Source: Vicugna vicugna (lineage: Eukaryota). Taken from it: 62,000 nucleotides of DNA. Below the pieces are notes generated by a model, which did no database searches, was not told the origin of the DNA, and saw only the letters and a list, made by a program, of their open reading frames with translations. Of this stretch, positions 11,873-27,586 are shown piece after piece. The stretch covers positions 62,001 through 124,000 of the forward strand of contig MU058037.1 of the NCBI GenBank assembly GCA_013265495.1, read 5' to 3'. The number at the start of each line of letters is the position of its first letter. Within the stretch, counting starts at the first letter, position 1. Made by a program: the position numbers and the translations under genes.

Positions 11873-13224
11873 CCAGAAAGGGAAGGTGCTCTGGGGAAAT
11901 GCTTACCACTACAGATGTCTAAATAAGCTACGTCTCTAAAAGGGAAAAATACTGTAGACGTTTGCCTCAAGTGTGACCAGGTTTTAGCTTCATTTTTATA
12001 GACTTAAAGAAATGCAGGGGTCTGGGGCAACATACACAGCCTCTTCAGAGCAAACCCTTTCTGTTTAGAACCTGTAGAAACTGTAAGTCAACAGTATAAA
12101 CATCTATGCTCGTGAAGGTACAGAAAGGCCGTGCAGTGAGGGAGTGGGGGCACTAACGAAGGTGTGGGGAGGGGACCAGGAAGATGAAAGTGCAGCCAGT
12201 TTAGCAGGAAAGCTTGACTGTCATCACTGATAGATTTATATTGGTGGTTACATCTTCCAGTCATGTCCATTTACTTTCTTTCAGCCCTTTATCTCCCTGC
12301 CTGAAGTTTCTCAGTTTCAGGACTTATACTCACCAAAGAACTTTCTTTTCTCCTCTGTATCTCTGAGCAGGGATATCTCCTAAGCGAAGGCAGAGTGACA
12401 CTACAAGTGGGAAGCTTTGGCAGATAACCATTTCAGTGTTCATTTCTCCTTCCTCAGTGATGCGTGGGCAGATGTTTCTGGGCATCCACGCAAAAAATGC
12501 ATGTAGGGCCAAACCACAAACAGCTGTACCAGCTGGCCATTGCTTTTTGTTAAAATAGAAACACTGTCTCTGGGTTCAAGTAGACACCTGCTTTTCCTCC
12601 ATCATGCCAGGTATTTGGGTTTGGTTCTGTGGTTTTTGGTGCTCAGAGCCTCCTGCCAAGAGCTGTAACTAATAAAGCAGATCCATTTGGTGACAAGCTA
12701 CAAGATATTCCAAAATAAAATCGCCCCAATTCTGCAATGCTGGAACTGTCATTGGTTTAAAAGGTATATCAACCAAACCATACAAATGTGAAAAGTATAT
12801 CGATGAGGGGATATGATAAACTTGTTTTAGATAACAAAACTGCCTCACCTGGGTGAATTTCGAGGTGACTCAATTTCAGCCCCTGGGTGATGGCCACTCT
12901 ACCATGTGTCTGCTTCTGAGGTTCTGGCTTGCTTTTGCTGGCCAGAACTTTTACAGGCATCTCCTTGGGGTGTTGGGGAGCTAGATGAGATGGCTAAGAC
13001 CTTAAACCACAGACCTAGCTTGGAGCTACTGCTCTGCAGAAGTTCTGGAAGCCTTATTGTTTGAACAGTGCTCAAAGCTATTTCTGCCTTGGAAGCTGAC
13101 CTTTCAATCAGAAGGTTTTTGTCACAATACCAGCAATATCTGCAGTGTGAATAAAATAGGATTCTGCTTGCTAATAAGCTTTCTTCTATTCGATCTTAGT
13201 TGGAGAGACTATGCGTCTCTTAGG

Positions 13225-13240
13225 GTGTGTGTGTGTGTGT
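13225..13240. repeat. (GT)8 microsatellite ~210 nt after the PTCHD1 stop
   Basis: Directly visible. Confidence 0.95.
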
Positions 13241-13451
13241 CTGTAAATTTTCTCTGATTACAACCTTTTGTTTTAAAGATTGAAAATATGCAATGCCCAT
13301 TTCCCCGCCTTGTCTTTACTTTTTCTTTTTTTTTTGTTAACACCTATTTCTTATCCCTAAAAACCAAAGAAGAACTTTAAATTTGTTTCATTAACGTCAT
13401 CTCTCTGCTCCTGATAAGACCTAGGGTGAAAAACACAATAAGCAGACCCTA

Positions 13452-15287
<1,836 letters not shown>

Positions 15288-18200
15288 TCATAAATGTTAA
15301 TGGACAGAGGGCAGATAGAGGAGCTAAGATCTTCATGCTTCCTGCTGCCTTACAAAAACTACGTGGACTTTTGCCTCTAGAAACCTGAGTAGACTTGTGC
15401 CTGTGTTTCTTGGGGATATTTATACACATTGAGAGTTTAGGGTTGTGGACGCAGTTTGCAGAATATTTGTTTGCCTTGGTTGTGGACCACTCCAGAGAGG
15501 ATGCCTGGCTCCTCATCATTTTGTTTGTCATCCCCACAAGTCTGGCCTGAGGTCAGCACAGAGGAAGGCAGTGGGCAGAGGGTTCAAGTTAATGTCTCAT
15601 CACCTCATTTAAGTTTGGCCAAGTAGAGGGCTTTAGGGAGAAAAAAAGCACTATATTTAATTTGAGCCTTGACAGGAACCTAAATCACAGCCTCTTTTTT
15701 TTTTTCTTCTTCTTCCCCAAGTATCAGTGCAGAAAGCAATAAATCTGAGAAACAGAGGGAAGCAAAATAAGTAGGAACAAGTTTGAGTGAACAGGAAAGA
15801 TGGAAGGAGGAACAAGATTCATGTGAACTCTCCCTGCAGTGGATAAAAATTAAAACTCAGAACGAAGGTTTAGGGCTTGTCTTTTGTCTTCAGGGATCTG
15901 TTGGACCAGTTTGGGTTGTTCATCAATGACGTATCAAGCAGGCAGTGACTCTGCTGGCTTCTTTGCACTATTTTGCATTGGTCTCTGAGGGACAGAGCCA
16001 GACCAGTAACCTCTCTCCCAAGCTCCTTAGTGCCTTTGCCTCCTTGGCTAGTGTGCCAGTAATGCGGAAAGAGCAGAGGTACAGTATAGTTGCTCATGTT
16101 CTAACTTGATGCTAGTGCCTGAGACCAGATCTTGCTTAACTTCTCACACCTCACCTGGATGGAGCCAAACACTTCCTGGATGGGCCTCCCTGGGATTCCA
16201 GGCCACTCAGCGTTGAAAAGCACCCTGCAGACTGACCTGTTGGTGGCTTTCAATCACCCTTGTCTTGGCACTGGGATCAGCAGATCTCATTTTCTGCTTC
16301 TATGCCTTGGCATAGTCAATCCCATTATGGAGGATAATGAAATCTGTACCCTGTGGTACAATAGTCTTGTTTTTAAAGAGGAACTTAAAATCTCTAGCCA
16401 AGCGTAATGCTGAGTAAAGTGAGTCACTGTTCTCTTGTGTGTACACTAACTGAGCGCTCGTCTTCCCTCGTGCCCAGGCTGGTATTTATATACTTATTGT
16501 GAAGTCTTGGCCTTGAACTTGAATGCCCATTTCATAGTCATGATACAGGCCTGTTTCCTCAGAGGGATTTGGCATTTATCTTAATTTACTAGGCATCGTT
16601 TTATAGCCACTTTTAGAGGTCAGGTCAAGACTGTCAATTTGATCACTAGCACTGTGGCCCTTATTAAATTGGAGGCACCTAAACTCCCTAGACATGAACT
16701 AAGAAGTGCACTTGTTGACTGGCATCCTGTTGTTAATTATGTTTTCGATAGTTAACGTCTAGTCTTAGGAAGGAAAACTATTTATTAAATCTGTTTCCAC
16801 TGCGTTCTCAGGAAGGATTGACCCCTTGATGATGAGGGTAAAAACAGTACCTCCGAGGCATCTGCACCCGGGGGAAACCATTTCATCTGGGGTCATGTAG
16901 AATAAGTTCTGGTGGGCAAAACACATTTTAGAGTTTCACTAAAAATGGCAAATGGAGTTTTATAATAGCATTTTCTTGCTAGAAACAAAAAAAATTTTAT
17001 AACAGGGTTTTAAAGTTGACTCATTAAATATGGTAAGAAAATAAAGATGCATATAGCAGGATTAGAATTAGTCATATAGTAGGATTTAAATTAAATCTGT
17101 TTGCAGTCCTTTTTAAAAATTGCTGTGATGTTTTATAATGACATTATCTAACCCTGACTCTTATTGGAAAATACAGTAAGAATCCATTTCTTACCTTGGT
17201 GTTGAATGATCTTAGAAGCTACTTGAGAAGAGGAATTTGAATTAACAGAGCTATTAGGTGAAAAGGGTAAGGACTGAGGGTCCAGAATGAAAATAATCGA
17301 AGTCAAGGAAAGGTGGAAGTAGGCTGTTAGCTTGTCTCTTGAGTTCTGTTGCTGCATTTTAAATGCCTTGTCCTTCTATAGTTGGATCATTTTTATTGAG
17401 TCCTGATTCTTTTTTGCACATCACATGTTCTTGGTTCTGGGGGGAATTCCAGAAAGGATTCTCATATTATTCATAGGGGCTTTTGGAAACTATGCGTCTT
17501 CTCCGTTCCTCTTGCTGCAGGGGCACGCATGCAGACACTCACAAAGGCCAGGAGAGGAGGCCCTGAGGAAGAACCTGTTTTAATTGATCACTCAGCGTTT
17601 GTTGCTAGTCATTGTTGGCCTTGCCTGCCAAGGCCCCCACCCTTATTCTTGATAAGCCAGATTCTTGTTTCTCCAGCCACCCTACTGGAGCAGATGCCTA
17701 CACTCTGACCCCCAAATTGCAGTTGTGCACTGACTTCAGAGAGCTCTTTGGATTTCAGGGGCAACTGCTGACCCCATAACTGGGCCTCCTCACTGAAGCT
17801 CAGTCAAGGGGGGGAGGAATAAGTGCCAGCGGAGCCACGGGTGCTGCCCAGGGACGAGCAGCCTGGGGCGCCTCGCCGGCACCAGCCCTGATTCACAGCC
17901 GAGTATTTATGTTGAAGAGGTTGGTCTGTTACCCTCAAGAAGAGCTGAACTGTGGGGCCCCTGTTTCCAGGCCTGGCTGGAGGGGAGACATGTCCCAAGA
18001 GCCCAAGGACACAAGTAATGCCCTGCTCCTTGAGAATGTCTGCTCTGCCCATAATCACAGCTGAATTCCCTTTGGTTTTGGCCTTCAAGGGTGTTCTTTT
18101 AAACGCAGCCCCCTCTGGGATAGTGTGTCTGCTGAAGCAGCGTCCCTTCGCTCTGGGCTGTGGGACGGAGAATGGCGATGGGGAGGGTGCGCAGAGGAAT

Positions 18201-20714
18201 CACAGGGAGGAGGATTTCACAGGGACTGACTCCGCCACAGTTTTCCTTCTAGCCAGCCCTGGTCTTATCTCTTACCCACTTCAGAAACTGGGCCACTGCA
18301 AACCAAGGAAAGGTAGGGAAGAAAGATTTCGGTCAGTTCTGTTCTTCACTTTCCTCTCTCAGCAGCTACCTCCCTTCCTTATTGTCCCCACCATCCATTG
18401 CTCTCTTAACCTTGGGGCTGGGGTCCAGCCAGCAGGACTCAGGCTACCTCTTACAGATGTAGGCAACAGATAAATACTGCTTGTGGATTGACCATACCTT
18501 TCAGAGGTTTGCCTATTGTTTGCTTCCATTTTAAAAATGTGCTTTAAAAGCAAAGGTGTTGCTGTCTGCTTTGTACTCTAGTTTTTAAATTTTCTCCATG
18601 AAGTCGGAACACAATAAGTGTCTCTATTAAATCTGACCAAGGGGACTGTATCATTGGCAGAAAGCATCACTTTGGCAGGGGACCGTTTTCCATTTCCAAC
18701 GTTCCAAGCCTGTTCAAGAGGACACCCTGGTAGCGGGGCTCACGTGGGGAGCTATGTAAACATGAAATTCCAAACAGAAAGAGCCTTTGGTGACAAGAGG
18801 CCCTGCACATAATGGGAGCCTGGGCTCATTAACAGAGGGGCAGCTCCAAGACCTGGGGCAGCCCAAGACTAGAAGTAAAAGACTGTGTCGTGGTGAACAT
18901 GCCAGGAACTGACCAACATTCCCAGGCGGTCCGTCTCTTACAGCCACAGTATTTAAGGCTGAAGAGGTGCCAGAGGGAATTGTTAAACAACACATACTGA
19001 TTCTACCAACTTCGGAAGATAAAGACGCTTTTAAAGTATTCACTTGTCTTTTAAAAGCACATTCAAAATATTTGTTTCTGTTATTGGCTCATTGCATGTC
19101 TGTATAGTTACATGCATATGAGCATGTACATGTCAGCATGTGTCAGGACACACACACACACAGGCCCCAAGTTCTAATTGTTCCTGAGTGACTGCTCGGA
19201 GGCGGTGTGGGCTGTGAGCAGGGCCTGGGAATAAGGACAGTAGAGCTCTTCACCGCTGTTCAGATACACTTTGTACCAGGAGTACAATTTAAATTTTATT
19301 AGCAGTATACTTTGGGATTGTCATCCAGTAAAATCAAATATTAAAGGATTTAGGCTAATAATTTTTCTTCTTTTCTAAAGAATTTTATATCTTTATGTGC
19401 AGTTAACTTTCAGGCTTTGGAGCCAATGAAGGGAAAAGGCAGCACAGATGATAAATGACACTAATGGTGGAAAAACCTCAACTGGCTAATCCTCCAGTCA
19501 CCTAGGGTGAGTCTCAGGATCACTCAGAGATTCAAACTCACTCTCACCCAGACTCTTTCCTGGGGCCTGATCAAAGCCTTCAAGGGTTGTTTATAATTCA
19601 CTAAGGCAGGAGTCCACAAATGAATAGTTGAGAGTTAACTTAACTCTATCCAGTAGATACACTTCTGGAAGGTTGTTCATCAAGTCAATCATATTTTAAA
19701 TGTGTTTAATGGTTTTGCTATCAGAGGCAGTCTGGGTGATTCGTTTATTTTTTGGTCAATGAATCACAGACAAATCGATCTACTTTGAACCTCTGGATTT
19801 TGGAAGGCAAATTTTTCTTAAAGATTCCTGCCCAGATTCTCCTGCCTGCCACAGAACAGAGGCTAATGCCTTTGGGTACACCTCACATTTTAGTCCTTTA
19901 ATACTAGCAGGATTTCCTCATCCTGAGTTCTGAAAAGTAAGGAATACCTGTGAAAAGGAGGAGGTGAGATGGGATGGCTTGCTGATGAATGATCTTACAG
20001 TTTCAATGTGAAAACATTTAATATCAGGAGAAAGTGGAGCCATTTATAGCATGCCTGGGCAGTGCCAGATTTCATATACGAAAGTGAAATTACTACATTC
20101 TTCTAGAAAATCCATGGAGTATAATGAATGCATGAGCAAAATCTGCATAAAACATATTTTATTCTTAGATGAGCTTCGCTAAGTAGCTCCTGTTTATAAA
20201 AAGCTTTTCTTTCAATGTCGTCCACATAAATTGATGATTTTTGTTTTTTGGAGAAGAAATTTAAAGTGTGTATATGTCTGGGTTCAGTAACATCTGTTTT
20301 CTGGGAGAAGTTCATTAATTGGGTTACATTTACACTTTGCCTGTTATAAACATTTACTTTCTATGCTGAATTGTTTGGTTTATCACAGCCTGTTTTGTCT
20401 CACAGTTAAGAGTGAGAGTAAAGATGTACTCTGCTTAAGTTAAGACGGATGCTCACATCAGGGCGAGTACACACATCTTATTCTTTCTACCAGAGACGTG
20501 TCATGTTTTGGTAATTCTGATCCCAGCACTGGGTTTTAATCTGAGAAATGATTTTCCTTCACTAGAGAGCTGCAAGTAATAGTCCAGGAAATAAATTTGC
20601 TAACAGCTCTTCCTTGTTTAAAGGTATTTAGATACCATATGTATGTGTACTATATAAAATCAATGTGTACAACTATGGCCTGTAGTATATGCTGTGGTCA
20701 TTCTGTAGTATCTT

Positions 20715-21018
20715 TTCATATAGAAGATATGTAATTTATAAATATATGTATATATGTCATATCCTATTCAAACACATTTCACATATTCACATATAAGATA
20801 TGTGAATTTCTATTATCTATATACTATATATAGAGAGAAATGTATAGTACTTACATTCAAACATTCAAACAATATATGGTACATATGTTACAAACACATA
20901 AAATATATGTACAACATTAACTTACTGCATAATATATCATATTACATATTACATATGATATATAGGTAATGTGATATGTAGTATACATTATGCACCCAGA
21001 TTATGCACACACACACAC
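20715..21018. repeat. AT-rich low-complexity (TA/CATA-like) region
   Basis: Degenerate atat/acatat runs ending in (CA)n. Confidence 0.75.
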
Positions 21019-21321
21019 AAAATGAATAGTAGGTTGATATGAAATTTATTTCAGTGGTGAGGAAGAATGATGTTAGTGCTGCTACACCAGTCAATGCAGA
21101 GAAGGAGCTAGAATCTGTCTCTTAGGTTCCATCTACATTTTGGTTCTTGGCTGCTGAAGTAGCCTAGGTGAAGTGTGCAGGGTTTCCTTGATAATAACTA
21201 TGAATCTGCTTGCATTGTGAGCTCCTGTAGACCCACCTGGTCAACACTACCCAGCCCCAGCAGTGACTTTGTGAGATCCTAATCCAAATGCAACAACAAA
21301 CGTGGTGTTTTGCCTCATGGT

Positions 21322-21357
<36 letters not shown>
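21322..21357. repeat. (TTG)12 microsatellite
   Basis: Directly visible. Confidence 0.97.
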
Positions 21358-21360
<3 letters not shown>

Positions 21361-21981
21361 TTAAGCAGCTCAGTGACCTGATGCTACTTCTTGCCGCCTG
21401 ACTTTCATGGAATCTACCACTCCCCTATTCCCTAGACTAGTTGGCTAGACCACCCAGAGGATACCCAGGAGACCTGGGTCAGAGACAAAGCACCCTTGCA
21501 CTCCTCTGCCTAATGAGCTATGCCCTTCTGGACCTGTGCTCCTAGTCCCTCCTTGTCTTCTTTTATGGTTAAGAATAGAACAATAAAACGGATTTGTACC
21601 ATCCCCTCAAACCTATTTCTCCCCACCCTCCCTTACTGTACTATGACTGGTAGAGCATAAGAATAAAAAGTGAGAACTACCCACAAAACTCGTTTACACA
21701 ATCTTCTTGTAAATTAGTCCCACGATGACCATAGGCCATTACAAAAAAAAAATATTCAGGAGAAAACTTTGAAAATATTGTATGGAGTTACTCTCTTATT
21801 TTAAATCAGATGTAAATAAAAAGGGGAACAGAACCTCTACTAATCAAATTTCTCCTAGAAACTACTGAACCTATTCATGATTTATATCTAAGCAGAGTAT
21901 TTCCACAGCATTCTAACATACTTCAACTCCATCATATAGATTGTTGTATTGCTGCAAATAATCAACTTCTACAATAATGTC

Positions 21982-22095
21982 TTAGGTTGAACCATAAGAA
22001 ATGACCACTTTTATAGTTCAGAGATGGTCAGATACTGGTACCAGTTTTGTAGGTCAAAAATGGTTGTATCTGAGCAGTTTTGTATAGTTTGAAGT
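21982..22095. mobile_element. Mariner-derived MITE (MADE2-like)
   Basis: It starts ttaggttgaaccataagaaat and contains ttttgtaggtcaaaaatgg. Confidence 0.55.
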
Positions 22096-22390
22096 TTATT
22101 ATCATCTGGCTGATTTTCCCCCCCATTTTTCTCAGGACTTTAGAAATAAAAATACACAAGAATACTCAACAGGAAGGCAAAACTTTTCAGGGTTGCCTAA
22201 GTTTAGAGCAAAAAATAATTAAGAGCTCCAGTTTCTCAGTTAGAACTAAATTTCTCGCACACAAACTTTTACCTCTGTATAAGCCTGAGCTCTGTATACG
22301 TCAGAGTCCAGGTGGCAGCAAATGAGAATGAATTCTTGGAGAACTGAACCCAATCTTCTGGTTTCTACTAAATACAGATCATCTTAGAAT

Positions 22391-22430
22391 ATATGCCTGA
22401 AAGAGGCCAGACATGCCTGAAAGAGGCCAG
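22391..22430. repeat. 20-bp tandem duplication
   Basis: atatgcctgaaagaggccag followed by acatgcctgaaagaggccag (19/20 identical). Confidence 0.95.
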
Positions 22431-25400
22431 ATATCCCTGCTGTGTTTTATTCTCCACCTAACACTTACATCCTTTCTTCTTTTCCCATCCTTGAATTGGA
22501 ATGGCCTGGCTGGATGATTTAGAAGGAAGAAGGCACCCTAGATCTGACATTTGACCTTCTCAAAGTCCCAAACATTTGAAAGGGCTTGAAGAATATTTTT
22601 CTTGAAGAATTTTTTTGTCTCACTCGATCTTTGAGGCTCTTGTATCTTGATACATGTGAAGCAACCCTTATAAATAAGATAACCACATATAAACTAATAT
22701 CCAAAATATCTTTCACCACAACTTCAATTCTCCCATTTTAGCTGAACAGAATGTACGTGAAGCAACAAACCTGCCAGATGAAGAAGGAAGAAAACCTTCC
22801 TTCTGTTCCCTTCTATATCCTCTCAACATTCCATTCCTTTCCTGATTTGTGTCTGATCAGCAAAGCTGTGGAAATATTAAGCCTGTAGGGAGAGCTTGCA
22901 TATACAAAACCTATGCCAATTTCTTAAATCATACCCAACTGCAGGACAGCCTTGTAAATCCTCATCCTTTAAAGGAAATTCCAAAACAGATTAACATGTG
23001 TCAAATGTTTACAAACGGCAGTTGTACCTCAATACCTGGGATTAATATGGTTTGGGAAGAAAGGATATTACTTTATGCATAAGGGGTATGGATGAAATAA
23101 ACTCCTCTCCAAATTATAATAACTAAAAAATGTCAATGAGCATTTAGGATACTGTGGACCTGTAAGAATCTCAGCTCTAAATAAAATGATCTGAGTCATA
23201 TGGACAAGGGTTTTGGCAGAAGTGAGGTTGTCTAATATGCATGACACTGATTAAAAACATTCTAAATCCTGATGTATCTATGCTTACATCATTGCCAAAA
23301 TGATTCATCTGTGTAGGATATATTCTTACTGCCAGAAATGTCACGTATCATCTTGGCTAGAAGCACACAGTCACATCCCATTATGGTGAACTCTCAGAGT
23401 TTATCCAAATTCTTTCCTATTCTGGAATTTTGTCAGGTTAATACTGCCTGACACACGTGGTCTTAAAATTTTCCATTCTAAATCTACTGCCATTTTGGCA
23501 TTTGGCTGGATCTGGCCTTATGTGACCGGCAGCACACTGAGAATGTTTAGTTTGTTGAATTTTAAATCTATAATGTTTATCACATTATACACTGATTGTC
23601 GGCCAAGGAAATGTCTGGAAAGGAAAAAGAGGCTTTTTCTAAGATACTTTTCCTTCTAAATGAGGCCATATATTTAAAATTTTTTATTCAGTAGTATATT
23701 AATATAACAGAAAATCAAGCAATTTTGCTTAAATCTGCTTAGTTTAAGCATAGCCATTTTATGTTATAGACAGGCAGATTTAGAAACTGGACAAGCAGTT
23801 TATTGACTCATAGTGCAAAACCCTTAGCACCGCATTTCTTCTTGGTCATTTGAAATATTTATTGGCATTTTAGGACTGGTCATCAAAAATCCAGAATTAA
23901 ACATTGGCTCTGGATGCAACATTTATGAACGTGCTCTGGCTTATATTTCATTTTACAGTCAAACTCTGAGAATGAAGAGTTTATCTGAGAAATACAGGAG
24001 GGCAGCCATCCTAAATCCAGACACTACTGGCTTTACGAGCATATTAAGCACCCATTACATGGTGCAAAGTATTTATTGCAAATGGGCCTTAGCTACTAAA
24101 ACGCGCAGCTTTCTTTCATGTTGTTACTAAGTAATTTGAAATCTCTTTGAGCTGAAAATGTACAGAAAGGTTGCATACTGACTGTCAGCGGGGAAAACTG
24201 CGATCAAATCAATACATGTAACATTCCTCACAAATTACAAACGAGGGTGTATTGGGTACCTGCGGCGCTTGGTCTCTTTCACTACAAATGCCAGATTTTG
24301 CTGAACTGAATTCATGTCAAGTTCACTGATACTCGCTTTCTACGGAGTTGTGGCATTCCTCTTTCTGGATTTTTTTTTAAGATGCTATCTTTAAATTTTA
24401 AGTATTGTAATTTATTTTACTTAATAAAATTAAAGACGTTTTGAATATTTCCTTTCATTTTACTAATAGTGAAATAGATTTTTTTTAGTGAAATTCGTTT
24501 TAAGAAGTTTTGAGTATTACTATTTGGTTTTGCTTAAAAATGAATTTTAAGAAGCTCTAAATACTGTAATTTTATTTTACTTAATGCAGGTAGTTTTTAG
24601 AAAGTTTTAAATATTGTATCATTCTTTGAGCATACTGGGAACTACTCAGAGTGTCATAAAACCAGGAATGATAGTCCTTTTTCTAGCCCTAACAACCTTT
24701 TTCCTCACCTTGAGAACCTTACTGTCTCCCTTCAGTTTCCCACAAACCCTTATCCCTGTTTATCTTCCTCCCACAAAAACAATCACAACAAAAAACACTG
24801 TATTTTTAAAATGAAAAGCTAAAAACAACAACAGCAACAAAAAAATCCCAAACCACCCAAGCATGTGACTAATCATGAGCAAAACATCTTAATTTAAATC
24901 TTGACTCAAGCCTCTGTGGAAGCTACTAATCCCCAGTCGTTACTCACTCCTCAAGGAACCGCCCTGTATTCCACAGCCAACACACATCATCTGGGGTCTA
25001 TTTTCAAGAGGCAAGTTATGCTGCCATCTTAACAGACTGCATTCAGGAGGAAATGCAGCAGCCCCTTTCTCTGTTGTGTTCAGCAGTGATGAGTAAACCG
25101 GTCTGGTAGATTCACAGCATGCTCAGTCTCCATGTAGTGCCCCACTTTTCCACAAATGCTCCTCGTATACGTTTATTGCCTGGGTCTAAATTCCCGCAGG
25201 CCACAGAGCATCGAGGGCACACGGCATTCTGCGGCCCTGCCGGCCCTGCATATTATCGCTCACCATCAGGCCTCTGAGATTTCCCGAGGATATTCTTTTC
25301 TGTTCTCCTACCCCCAAACAGGGCATAAGGCATACTAATGAACTCCACCAGAGTTACTTCTCAGCCAATGAGAAATGCCACTTCATTTGTCATGTCACTA

Positions 25401-25807
25401 TCTGATTCCAAATGACATTTTAATTTTGCTAAAGTTAATTGATGAGAAGTTGCCAAAGAAAAGGGGGAAAGCTAACTGTTGGAATCCTTGGCCCACGAGA
25501 ACCCTGCCATCCAGCTTGCTGGGCATGCCATCTTCAATACCAGATGGGCAGAGTGACTGATACTCTATCATGATGACTCTGGCTTTATTTTGAACATTAT
25601 CTCTATGAGCAAATTCCTGCAGCCCCCCCCCAAGAGAATATAGTAGAATTCTCAAACCATCATTTTAAAACATTCTCTTGAGTTCAGATAAGGATGGGGA
25701 ATAGTTACCTTCCTGTTAATGTCTCACTTGTTGCCTTCAAAGTTCTTGCCCGTTTATCATATGCGTGATGTTCACATCGACTCTGTCCATCGAGTAGGGA
25801 AACTGAG

Positions 25808-26244
25808 GGTAGTGAACACTGTCAGAGTCCAACCCGTGTGCCCTCCCATTCCCCATTCTTGAGCTCATGGAAGGCTTCTTACTCCAAACACTGGTAACCT
25901 GAGGGGTTTTCCAGATGCAGAAATGCGCCCTGTCTTCCCTGGGAAGTGCTGGGGAACTCATGACCCTGGGGAGAGCCCTCAGTGACTCATACACCGGGTT
26001 TCTGATACAGAGTGCAGCTTCCAGCTTCCTCACCCCTCAAGGAGACCTCTGAGGTCTCTCAAAGGTCCCCAGTGGGACTGAGCTCCAGGTGCCCACAGTA
26101 GTAACCTGCTTGTTAACATACCCTGAATCGTCTTCCTTCCTGGTCCCTTGTCCTCACTCCCATACTGGGGCTTCCTGGGCTTACCTCCCAAACAAACCAC
26201 TTGTAGCTAAATCCTTGTCTTCTGGGGAAGCCCAGTCTAAGACC
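25808..26244 (+). mobile_element. Solo LTR, LTR16 family, inserted into a MIR
   Basis: It has the LTR16-type 3' end (ctcccaaacaaaccacttg...aaatccttgtcttctggggaagcccagtctaagac). The flanks gaaactgag|...|ctgcggcacagaga reconstitute a MIR with a ctgag/ctgcg duplication. Confidence 0.7.
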
Positions 26245-26441
26245 CTGCGGCACAGAGAAGATTACTGTCTGCTGAATACCACGCAGCTACTTAATGGAGA
26301 ACCAGGACTAGAACCCAGGATTTTGGACTTCTGGCACATTTATCAGATAAAGTTGCTTCTTGCCAACCACCAGCATCTTATAGAATTGGTCCCAGGGCTT
26401 CTGGGCAAAAGAAAGATGCTATAAATGAAACAAAGTTGTTA

Positions 26442-27182
<741 letters not shown>

Positions 27183-27396
27183 CTAGGGGGAAAAAAGTGA
27201 GAGTAAGCATTTATTACCAAAAATAAGACATTAATAAGTGTCATTAGCTCTGTGGATTCCAATGTCTATTTTCTTTTTTTGGCTGGGGTGGGTGGGAGAA
27301 GGGAGTCACTCATGCTGTCTCTAAGCAAGAGTTCAAATTAAATGTCATAACCTTACATCAGAAATGAGTAGTCAGGATGTAAAACACACATTTGAC

Positions 27397-27586
27397 CAGT
27401 GGTCCTCACAGTGTGCTCCCTGACCCAGTGGCATCAGCACAAGCTGGGAGCTTGCCAGAAATGAAAATCCTCAGGGCCCCCGCCTCAGACCTGGTAAGTC
27501 ACAGTCTCTGGGACGGGGGCCTAGGAATGTGGGTTTTCACAAGCCTCCAGGGGATTCTGATGCAGCAAGAGTTTGAGAAGCACCAG
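27397..27586. mobile_element. MER5A (hAT-Charlie)
   Basis: cagtggtcctcacagtgtg...gggagcttgccagaaatg...ggggattctgatgcagcaagagtttgagaagcacc. Confidence 0.85.

Larger units (their letters stand above)
3760..13451 (-). other. PTCHD1: Putative long 3' UTR of PTCHD1 (up to ~9.7 kb; distal end uncertain)
   Basis: It follows the stop codon and has lower repeat density than the introns. AATAAA occurs on the minus strand at 10495-10490, 4556-4551 and 3780-3775. From memory, human PTCHD1 has a multi-kb 3' UTR. Confidence 0.6.

Noticed and set aside
22305..22321. CTCF-like gtccaggtggcagca
   Set aside because: It lacks the 5' CCA/CCG part of the core, so it is too weak to call.
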